Part shown: positions 53,628 through 64,000 of the stretch, one piece after another
Position numbering within the stretch: the stretch's first letter is position 1
Layout: each line of letters starts with the position of its first letter
Origin: Octopus sinensis
Taxonomy: Eukaryota
Assembly: GCF_006345805.1 (NCBI RefSeq)
Contig: NC_042999.1
Coordinates: 48,918,001-48,982,000 of the forward strand
Reading direction: 5' to 3'
Length of the DNA stretch: 64,000 bases
Position numbers and translations under genes: made by a program
Notes under the pieces: model-generated
The model's input: the letters and a program-made list of their open reading frames with translations, nothing else
Told to the model about the DNA's origin: nothing
Database searches by the model: none

Positions 53628-56575
53628 ACATCAGAGGTTTACTAACACACAGTAACAGGACAAAAGTCCCATTCCTGAGAGACTTTGTCGCATGCAATCA
53701 AGCCTTATGCATAGCACTCACAGAAACGCATCTGAAACCGGACATAGCAGATGCGGAATTACACATACCACAGTATGTTGTACTACGGACCGACAGGAAA
53801 GAAAGGAGTCATGGAGGAGTTGCTATGTACATCCGTGGGGACCTCACACCCCAGGTCCTTTTGTCATACTCAAACTCGGTGTGTGACACACTAATTGTAC
53901 ACATAAGGCAACTTGATGTAGTTGTGTGTGCTACATATCGCCCTCCAGATGCCCCAAGTCATATGGGCAAGTTCGAGGACTGCCTTTTAAAAATAGAAGA
54001 AGTTCTAACCACATTAGAACAACACATAAGTGTACTTCTCATGGGAGACTTCAATCTACCGAATGTCAGATGGCCCGAGGGCCTTTCTCTCCCAGGAATG
54101 GACAAGATGTGAACGTGGACAGGCGAGGTCCCTCCTGAACCTCACCAACACCCTGTACATGGAGCAAGTAATACCAACCAACCAGAGCAGGTAACACACT
54201 GGATCTCTGCTTCACAAATAATATGGATCTCATCCATAATGTGAAAGTGACACCGACACTACTCTCGGATCACAACATGGTAGAGCTGACCATGTACGGG
54301 CCAAAAGAGAGCACGGACATGCAGCCTACAAGAAACCCTCAGAATCTTTCCAGCTTGAACTTCAATAAGGCAAACTGGAAACAAATTGAGAAAGAGATCC
54401 TCAAACAAAACTGGCCTGAATGTCTCTCCTCGCCGGACATCGACATGATACTTCAACAATTCATGTCTGTAATGCAAGCCATATGCTACAAATGTGTCCC
54501 AGAGAGAAAGGCCACTGTACACAAGAACAAAATCCCCAGAGAGAGGAAAATTCTAATGAGACGGCGTACAAAAATTTCAAATCGCCTAAACAAACAAATT
54601 GAAAGTAGTGAAAAGTCCCGCCTGAAAATAAAACTGTTGGAAATTGAAAATTGTCTGCAACTTTCCCATGAGAAGGAAAGAGCAGACAAAGAAGCCTGGG
54701 CTATAGACACAAATAAAAACTAACCCCAGAGCTTTCTACAGGTATGCCAAAGAAACGGCTACAGTGCACTGTAGGATAGGGCCACTCCTTGAAAAGGATG
54801 GCACACTCACAGGAAAACCAATGAGGGTAAGTGAAATACTGAATGAACAATTCAAGAGTGTTTTCACTCCACCCCTTGGGCATTTCCAAATCAGCAATCC
54901 AACTGACTTCTTTACCACTGCAGATATAGAATCAGAGGCGGCGACGATAAGTTACATCGAGATAAAGGAAGACGATGTAATAAAGGCTATAGATGAAATG
55001 AAAATAGACTCAGCTACTGGCCCCGATGGATTCCCGGCAATCCTCCTAAAAGTATGTAAGAGAGTCTTAGCAAGACCACTGCAGTCCCTCTTTCAGAGCT
55101 TCCTTGCAGCTGGCAAACTTCCAAGGGGACTGAAGGAAGGTAAAATATGCCCTATTCATAAAGGAGGTAGCAGAGCGGAGGCAAAGAACTACAGACCTAT
55201 CTCTCTGACCTCACACATCAGCAAGGTCATGGAACGAATAGTCAGAAGGAAAAAACTAATCACCTTCCTTGAAGAAAATGACTTGCTGCCTGACACCCAA
55301 CATGGTTTCCGACCAGGAAGAAGCTGCTTAACTCAGCTCCTGCAGCACTATGACTGGGTGCTGAAACAACTGCTCAACCACTCAAATGTGGAAGTCATAT
55401 ATCTCGACTTCGCAAAGGCCTTCGATAAAGTCGATCACGGAATGATATGTCACAGGCTGCGTGATCTTGGCATAGTTGGAAAACTAGGAGAATGGCTTCA
55501 CGACTTTCTGAAGAATAGAAGTCAGGTGGTAGTAGCCAATGGGGCCACTTCCATTAACACGCAAATATGAGTGGTGTTCCACAGGGCACTGTTTTGGGAC
55601 CACTACTGTTCATAATGGCCCTCTCAGACATGCCCTCAGCCACGCAGAGATCCACGATCACAAGTTATGCAGATGATACAAAAGTTTCACAGGCAATACA
55701 GAACCCTGAGGACACTAAAAACCTGCAATGTGAGCTGGACGAAATATACAAGTGGGCTGAAAAGAATAGCATGCAGTTCAATGCTGGAAGTTTCAAGCTT
55801 TATACTATCAGCATGCAAAACTGAATGCAATACCCAATGAATACACTGGACCCGGAGGGATTGCAATCCCAGAGGCACAATCAGTGCGTGACCTGGGTAT
55901 TCACATGAGTGATGACGCGACCTTTCATGTACATGTTGCTAAACTGACAGTGAAATGTAGACGGCTGGCTGGCTGGATTCTTAGAACCTTTAGAACAAGA
56001 GAACAAGAAACCATGATGGTCCTCTGAAGACACTTGTCCTAAGCCACTTTGACTATTGCTCTCAGCTATGGTCACCATCCAGTGTCAAGTTGATCACAGA
56101 ACTTGAGGCGATCCAACGAAGCTACACAAAGAAGATAGCCTCTATGCAGAATGTAAGCTACTGGGAAAGACTCAAGAGATTAAAATTATACTCCCTGGAG
56201 CGTAGGCGGGAAAGATATGCCATAATATACATCTGGAAGATCCTGGAGGGAAGTGTCCTGAACTTTGGCATCGAGAGTTACACAAATGCCAGAACTGGGC
56301 GCCACTGCGTGGTGCCTAGGACTCCAAACCTGCCATCAAGATGTAGGACAAGATTCTGTGATAGCCTGGGCTTCCGAGGCCCACAGCTCTTCAATATCCT
56401 CCCGAAGAACCTGAGAGACCTGCATGGGGTGGATACAGATGTCTTTAAAATGAAGCTGGATCTCTTCCTGTCAGGTGTCCCAGATGAACCAACTTCACGG
56501 CAGGAGGGGCAGATGAGGGCAGCTGCATCGAACTCTCTCATGCACCAAATAGCAGTTGCTAGAAAGCCTCCATGA
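53616..56575 (+). pseudogene. LINE ORF2: apurinic endonuclease + reverse transcriptase, broken by several indels and stops
   Basis: LLNIRGL, LTETHL, GGVAMY, YRPP, MGDFNLP, SDHN; GPDG, NYRPISLTS, QHGFRPGRSC, YLDFAKAFDKVDH, GVPQGTVLGP, YADDTK. Confidence 0.92.
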
Positions 56576-56685
56576 AGTAAAACCAAGTAGCAACACCAAA
56601 TGGCGGTGCCCCAGCATGGCCACAGCTCATAGGCTGGAACTGGAATCAATCAATCAATCAATCAATCATATATATATATATATAT

Positions 56686-57112
56686 ATAGGCGAGGAAAAT
56701 TATAAAAAGGCAGAATGTTAAATTGAAGGTAAATTTTAATAAAAATGGATGTATGGAAAATTAAAAAAATTTTTTTTTAATATTAACTCTAACCGGTTTT
56801 CATCGCAATGCAAATTTTCAAGAATTGAAAGGCGAAAAGAATTTTGTTTTAAATTGAGGAGGGGGAAAAAGAAATTTACATCGTTCTCAATTTAAAAAAA
56901 AAAAATCTTTTCACCTTTCAATTCTTGAAAATTTGCATTGCACTGAAAACCGGTTAGAGTTAACATCTGAAAAAAAAATTTTTTTTCATTTTCCATACAC
57001 CCATTTTTATTAAAATTTACCTTCAATTTAGCATTCTGCCTTTTTATAATTTTTCCTCGCCTATCATTTCTCCACGTGCGGTCAACACAACCCCAACATT
57101 TATTGATTTATA
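56686..57112. mobile_element. PLE-type terminal repeat in fold-back arrangement, U3-A8 HHR-like motifs at 56785-56826 (-) and 56920-56961 (+)
   Basis: Arms about 56686-56850 and 56905-57065; 57065-57112 matches the 3' end of the PLE at 28417-28463. Confidence 0.75.
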
Positions 57113-57249
57113 TATATATATATATACATATATGTATACAGACGCACACATACATATATAGTGTGAATCTTGACATACTTAATAATTGACGTATGTTCTT
57201 TAATTATTTTCTACTTATTTCAGACAGAAAACATTGTTGAAGCATAGGC

Positions 57250-57765
57250 GCCATTAATTATGAACATCACAAAATGGACCTTCGCTTACTTTACTTGCAT
57301 GAGTTCAAGGTTGGACACACTGCCTACCAAACTGCTGCTAATATCAACAGGGAATGTAGAGAGGGGTCCACAATTTATCGTATAGTACGAAGTTGGTTTC
57401 AGAAATTCCGTAGTGAGGATAAGAGCCTTGAAGATGAAGAAGGTAGAGGACTATCATGCAGTCTTCACAGTGAAGAATTGAAAACAAATTCTGAACAGAC
57501 CCACGTCAAAATGTCAGAGAAATGCCTCGGGCACTTGGTGTCGGAATTGCAACGGTCTCACGTAATCTGTAGATGAAAGTGTAAGGTGAAAAACCTCGAT
57601 AAATCGGTACCGCATGAACTCAATGAAAGTCAAAATGTTCGACGTTTTGAATTGTGCTCGATGCTTCTTCTGCGAAACACCAATAACTTTTCCTTGACTG
57701 AATAGTCACTTGTGGCGAAAAGTGGATCATTTTTTATAACTGTAAACCATCAGGTTAATGTCTTA
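57250..57765 (+). mobile_element. Mariner transposase N-terminal remnant
   Basis: LLYLHEFKVGHTA..INRE..VRSWFQKFRS.DKSLEDEEGRG; VPHELNE..IVTCGEKWI. Confidence 0.88.
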
Positions 57766-57819
57766 ACAATAATTCCATCCTAGAATTATTGTTATTATTA
57801 TATTTATCCTACATTATAT

Positions 57820-58172
57820 CGGTGGCGGCGCAATGACCCCTAGGTTAGGGCAACGGACCGCGCGTTGTAAGTGTTTATTGAGCGAAAACACCTAAAGCTG
57901 CACGAGGCTCCGGCAGGGGATGGTGGCGAGCCCTGCTGTAATCTTTGACCACAAATTTCTCTCACTCTGTTTTCCTGTTACTCTTGTACCTGTATTTCAC
58001 AGGGCCAGCCTTGTCACACTCTGTTTCACGCTGAATCTCCTCGAGAACTACGTTAAGGGTACACGTGTCTGTGGAGTGCTCAGACACTTGTACATTAATT
58101 TCACGAGCAGGCTGTTCCGTTGATCGAATCAACTGGAATCCTCGTCGTCGTAACCGACGGAGTGCCAACCAT
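57820..58172 (+). mobile_element. SINE family C
   Basis: Homologous to 22775-23160. Confidence 0.8.
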
Positions 58173-58305
58173 AACATTACGTCGGTATATCAATGATGCA
58201 ACCCCGCTATACTGACTCACTAGTCAGAATCATTAGACGGTAGCCGGCATAATGAAATAGAAGCTATATTTGCAATATCCTTAACGCTACCATAAGCGAA
58301 TTAAA

Positions 58306-58338
<33 letters not shown>

Positions 58339-58639
58339 CGTTTATCAATTCGTTTTGGAAGATGCCATATATGAAATCGTGTGTTGACACAGATATTGTT
58401 GTATTTGGGATGTTGTTGTATCTGGGACCGCTTCAGCAATATTTTTCGTTTCTGTGGATTTTTGCTCCGCTTCCGCCGTTTTGTTCTTGAAAGATGTGTC
58501 TTAGAAGAACAGAATAGAGTAAATATGAAAAGAATATACACGGAAACGAAAAGTGTTGCTGAAGAGACCACAGATGTGTGACGAAAGCTTTCCAGACAGT
58601 GGACGTAAGTTAAAATAATAAACGAGTCAATGGTGTATA

Positions 58640-58780
58640 TGTTCCCCAGCTGGGCGGGACGCCAGTCCATCGCAGCGTTACTCATTTTTGCCAGCTGGGT
58701 GGACTGGAGCAACGTGAAATGAAGTGTTTTGCTCAAGAACACAACGCGTCGCCCGGTCCAGGAATCGAGACCATAATCTT
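58640..58780 (-). mobile_element. tRNA-derived SINE fragment, family D
   Basis: GGTCTCGATTCCTGGACC B-box followed by TTCTTGAGCAAAACACTT..CCACCCAGCTGGCAAAAATGAGTA. Confidence 0.65.
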
Positions 58781-58820
58781 ACATCTAAACTAACTATGAT
58801 TTAATTTTCCTCTCATCACC

Positions 58821-58872
58821 GTCTCCGATGAAGGGATATTATTAATTAATATCCTTGAAACAGCTGTAACAC
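58821..58872 (+). ncRNA. Mutated hammerhead motif (U4 to C)
   Basis: CCGAUGA-AGGGAUAUUA-UUAA-UUAAUAUCCUU-GAAA-CAGCUGUA; palindromic stem III ACAGCUGU. Confidence 0.55.
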
Positions 58873-59913
58873 ATTCTATCTATAAATGCTCTAATATCTA
58901 TATAGTATTGTTTTTTTTTAATCTTATTACTCAAAAATTGTTATATATATATGTGTGCTCGCACGCACACACATACCTACATTTATATAATGTAATCATA
59001 TATACCTTAATGCTTTGTGTATTTGTTTCTTCTATGTAGTTATTGACTTATTCTACGTACATATGTTTCATATAAGTATATTTTTGAGTTGCGTATATTA
59101 ATCTCTGTAAGTAGTGAATAGACTGAACAGTTCGTTGACAAAATAACAATGAAGGTGTGCATATTGTGCATGTGTGTGCATGCAAGCGTGGGTGTATTTA
59201 TATAATGGATGTTTACTTCGAAGTTTCACACAATCTGACTTATCAAAAATGTATGTAATGATGAAATTTCCTTGCTGTACATCTGTTTTCTTCAGGTTAA
59301 TTTTTGGTATGTTTTTTTTGTTTTCTTTTTATCAGAGCTTAAACATAGTGGCTTGAAGTAGTGAACATCACTAAAAATTGAAGTGAGTTGTGAGGGGTTT
59401 TTTGCACAACATTCACAGGATCTTTTAAGACAATACAATGAATTCACATACTTAAAAATATATATTTCTTTCTTCTCCAAATTCACAGGCATGCGGAAAG
59501 TAAAATTACACGGATAACTAAGGATATATCAAAATTTCACTTCACTCCGCACTTGTATTTAATTGTCTTTCCATGCTATACTAAAACATGTATTCCTTTA
59601 CGCTTATTCCTGTTGCGTTATCAACTCTTTCAAAAAGTTATCTGTAAACTATACCATATCAGTACTAAGTATAGCGAAAATTCCTTCTCAAGAAACATTA
59701 TTTTAAGAGACCTCTATCGACAAACTTTCCAAGTAAACAAACGTTACCCTTAACAGAAATCAATTTGATTTTACAACCAGTGCATGTTGTCTGCATATAA
59801 TAAGAACAGAAATCTATAAATATAACCAATTTCCTCTACGTATTTCGGCATCTTTTTGCATACACACATACATAGATACATACATATATACATATAATAT
59901 ATATATATATATT

Positions 59914-59947
<34 letters not shown>

Positions 59948-62081
59948 GTAAGGAAAAATTTTTTTTAAAAATGCAGAATGCTCAAATGAAAGAAAATTTT
60001 AATAAAATGAGAAAATGATAAAATATATAAATATATATTTATTCAACCGGTTTTCGTCATTGTATGACTTGTCAAGAATATTTATGTTTTAAGAAGTTAT
60101 TTTAAAAATTAGAAAGGGGAAAAAAAGAAAATTGCATTGTTTTTTGTAAAAGAATAATGATAAAAATGTACAAAAATTAAAAAATAAGTTCTCCGATACA
60201 TTGTGAGTTCGTTGTGTATCTTGAGTTTTATGGTGTTTACCAAAAAATTACCTTGAGGTGTTAAGATCCAAAGGGATTAAGAGCATGTGATGTGTTGTGT
60301 TGTTAAATTCAGCATGTTGCAGGACAGGAAGTAGTAGTAATTGTGGTCCTGGTTCTTCAGTTCCTGTGTTGTGGGTAAGGGGAGACAACTCTTTTGAGTT
60401 CTTCAATAAAACCCAAATTATAAAACTATCATTTTAGCTTCATTTGCATTATCTTTTTTATATAATTGCTTGTTAACTTAACTTTCAGATTTTAACACTT
60501 TATTTATATTATTTTCTAATAATATAAATCTGCATAGACAATTGCATTTCAAATTGTCATATCAGTAAAAATGATATTTAAAGAATATAAGTTTTAGCTT
60601 GAAGTGATGAATGCATGGTATCTTTATATATTTGTGTTAGTCCATCCATGAAGAGTGAGGTAGAGAAAGGAAGTTTGATCAACGAGGAGTTTGTATATTA
60701 AGTTGTGTTTGGAATTTTTCAATAAAGAGATTCTCCTTGTTAATTCTCTCCTGTGTGGTGATCCCGTCTTTACATTGGTAGAAGGGGAATATAGAATTTG
60801 GGGTTTAAGTCTTTAGCACATGAGTCTAAGTGGTCACTCAGTGGAATTTGTCGGTATTCCGGGAGATTTATTTGTTCTTTATGCACCGTTACTCGTTTAC
60901 GTAACGGGAGACTCGTTTGTCCAACATAATTATGTTGGCAACCAGCGCATGTGAGAACGTAGATAAGGTTCTCGGAGGAACAGGAGAAGTTAGTCTTGAT
61001 TTTAAACTTCGTACCTTGTTTGAAGGTAAATTCAGAGCCTTCAAGTAGAAAGGGGCAGGTACCACAGTTTGAGCGTGCACATTTTTTTACTGCTGGGGGT
61101 GGATGTGGTGTGTGAAGTTTGGCATTTGTCAAGAGTTTTTTAAAGATTTGTGTTGCCTTTTGCATTTGAGGATTTTGTGTGTATTATAATGTTTTTCATT
61201 TTTGGGTCTGTTGACAGTAGACTGAGGTTTTGTATGATTGTGATGTATGCTTCGATATTTTTGGGGTTGTGGGTGGAAATGTATGGAAGTATTTTGAGGT
61301 TGTGTGTGGTGTTAGGTTGGGTGGTTTTCAGTGTAGTGTTGTCTAGTTCTTTGGCGCGTTTTATTCCATACTCTATAAGGGTGGAGGGATATTGACGTTG
61401 TAATAGTGTTTTTTTGAGGTCTTGAAGGCGTATTTCTCGTGTTTTTGGATCCGAGACAATGGTGCATACCCTTTTAGCTAAATTGAAAGGGATATTTGTC
61501 TTGGTGTGTTTTGGGTGGCATGAACTAAAGAGGAGGTATTGTTGTGAGTCTGTAGGTTTGTGGTAGATGTCTGTTATGATTTGGTTCTTAGGTGTTTTTA
61601 TAATTAGGAGATCAAGGAATGGGAGATGGTGTTTGCTTAATTCCATAGTGAATTGGATGTTGGGATGTATGTTGTTTAGTATGGTTTTGAATTCCAGGAG
61701 TTTTTCATAAGGTTCTTTCCATATGATGAAACAATCATCTAAATACCTTTTCCAGTTTTCCATTAGGTAGGTGTGGAAAACATGTCCAAATTTCTGGCTT
61801 GATATTTCATAGAGTGACAGTTCGAAGTAACCCATTATGAGGTTCGCAAGGACTGGTGCAGCCTTGGTACCCATCGCAATGCCACATTTTTGACGGTAGT
61901 GTGTGTCGTCGAAGAGAAAAAAATTGTTTGTCAGAATGAACTTAAGAGATTCTGTAATAAAAGACTTGTTAATGCGGTCAGGGAATGTCTCTGGGTGTTT
62001 TTCTAGCCAGAAGTCAATTGCCTCTATACCATACTCGTGTGGAATGTTGGTGTAGAGGTTGATGACATCAAAGGATACCAG
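59948..62081 (-). mobile_element. 5'-truncated Penelope-like element: RT C-half, Cys-rich linker, GIY-YIG, 3' UTR with U3-A8 HHR-like motif (60041-60079)
   Basis: MGTKAAP, WKRYLDDCF, LPFLDLLI, YHKPT (61140-61874); CARSNCGTC, NLIYVLTCAGCQHNYVGQT (60770-61165). Confidence 0.95.
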
Positions 62082-64000
62082 AAAGGATACTCGAAATTAT
62101 CCCCCCTCAAGGCTCCCCTCCCTCACACTAATAACAAACAAGGCATCCTACCCACACCGATACATATAAGACCCACCCAACGAACCCCCTATAGTCCACC
62201 CATCCAACAACCACATTCCTACCACATCTCCTACAGATCTCCAAACCCAATCACCACAACTACATACCCCCCTACATCCCCCCATACAATCTACCAGTCA
62301 CACACCCACAAACCCATCGCATTTCTCACAAATCCTTACACCATCGCATCCCATACCAACACAAATACGACAACTACCTACCCCCCGCCAACCTCCCCAC
62401 CCAAAAACACTCCTACACATACAACCAGAACTTTAACAAAGAATACACCCCTTACCTCAACAACCATTTTTTAGACAGAGGGGAAAAATACAAACACCAC
62501 CGCTAACACAGACCCAAAATAAGAAAACAAAAATTATAACCTCTCCAGCAAAACACTGACACAACCCAAATCAATATCTAGCAAGAGGTTTGAAATTCAC
62601 ACCCACCCCAAGAACACCCAAGGATGACGTTTCTGAATTCTGCAGAAAACTTCGCCTAACAGAAGCTTTGACAGATATCAACAATGGGGACGATTCATTG
62701 ATCAGAAATAAAAGCAACGTCCTACCCCAAAGGGAGAAATAAAACACTGGACGTTTTCTGTAAACACATCCAGAGTCTCCCCTTTACCCCAAGCAAAACC
62801 AAGGTAAAATCCAATTTCAGTAAGGAAGAATGGGAAAACCTACGTGACATACAACTGGATAAAAACCTCACCATCAAAGAAGCGGACAAAGGGAGTGCTG
62901 TGGTCCTTATGGACACGGAATTTTATAAACACCTAGTGTTCTCCATGCTTAACAATAACATTTTCTATGAGGTTATTAACAACTACAAACAGCAAAAAAA
63001 CAATCAGAAACCTCACCACACTCATACGCCAACACGGTCAGGGACTCACAGAAAAAGAAAGGGATTATATCACCATTTTCAAATGCAAGCCCAGCCTTTT
63101 TTATGGCCTTCCTAAAATCCATAACAACAAATACATCACCGAAGCCTGCAAACTCTCCACTGACATCCACATCAACATCAAAGCACCGGAGGACCTAAAA
63201 CTAAGGCCCATCGTGGCTGGTACCTCCTGCGAAACACACCGTCTGAGTAACTTCCTAGACATCCTTTTGAAACCTTTCCTTACCCACATCAAAAGTTTCA
63301 TTAGGGATGATCTGGACATGCTCAAACACCTCCCGAAAACAGTTAACGAGGAGGCACTCCTGGTATCCTTTGATGTCATCAACCTCTACACCAACATTCC
63401 ACACGAGTATGGTATAGAGGCAATTGACTTCTGGCTAGAAAAACACCCAGAGACATTCCCTGACCGCATTAACAAGTCTTTTTTACAGAATCTCTTAAGT
63501 TCATTCTGACAAACAATTTTTTTTCTCTTCGACGACACACACTACCGTCAAAAATGTGGCATTGCGATGGGTACCAAGGCTGCACCAGTCCTTGCGAACC
63601 TCATAATGGGTTACTTCGAACTGTCACTCTATGAAATATCAAGCCAGAAATTTGGACATGTTTTCCACCTACCTAATGGAAAACTGGAAAAGGTATTTAG
63701 ATGATTGTTTCATCATATGGAAAGAACCTTATGAAAAACTCCTGGAATTCAAAACCATACTAAACAACATACATCCCAACATCCAATTCACTATGGAATT
63801 AAGCAAACACCATCTCCCATTCCTTGATCTCCTAATTATAAAAACACCTAAGAACCAAATCATAACAGACATCTACCACAAACCTACAGACTCACAACAA
63901 TACCTCCTCTTTAGTTCATGCCACCCAAAACACACCAAGACAAATATCCCTTTCAATTTAGCTAAAAGGGTATGCACCATTGTCTCGGATCCAAAAACAC
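62082..64000 (+). mobile_element. Penelope-like element, N-terminal region and RT, frameshifted, runs off the window
   Basis: NLSSKTLT..ARGLKFTPTP, TIKEADKGSAVV, GLPKIH, LRPIV, SFDVINLYTNIPH, GIAMG; 63360-64000 is the near-perfect reverse complement of about 61440-62081. Confidence 0.95.

Larger units (their letters stand above)
52111..56667 (+). mobile_element. Near-full-length CR1-like non-LTR retrotransposon, frameshifted
   Basis: 5' tandem repeats, ORF1, APE-RT ORF2, 3' stem-loop and (AATC)n tail at 56644-56667. Confidence 0.9.

Overview
AT-rich eukaryotic DNA, most likely octopus (inferred from the SINE families, the microsatellite density and the retroelement mix). I found no convincing host protein-coding exon; almost all short ORFs in the track are microsatellite or antisense noise. 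The window is a nested set of mobile elements: four tRNA-derived SINE families, a near-full-length but frameshifted CR1-like LINE (52.1-56.7 kb), two decayed R4/Dong-like LINEs, several Penelope-like elements (PLEs, RT + GIY-YIG) and Tc1/mariner remnants. The strongest signal is RNA-structural: about 15 minimal type I hammerhead ribozyme (HHR) motifs, read by eye. They include intact canonical copies inside a ~500-bp tandem array and a structured GC-rich 359-bp repeat (both retrozyme/circRNA candidates), and a recurrent U3-A8 core variant in five different repeat families. Most sit in or next to fold-back (inverted) junctions. Other signals: a covarying 3' stem-loop shared by the CR1-like LINE and the dominant SINE, a 307-bp tandem repeat carrying a tRNA-like cloverleaf, and a LINE ORF1 with a Myb/SANT-like domain plus a CCCH zinc finger. 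Element boundaries are hand-read and approximate; no folding or database search was run.
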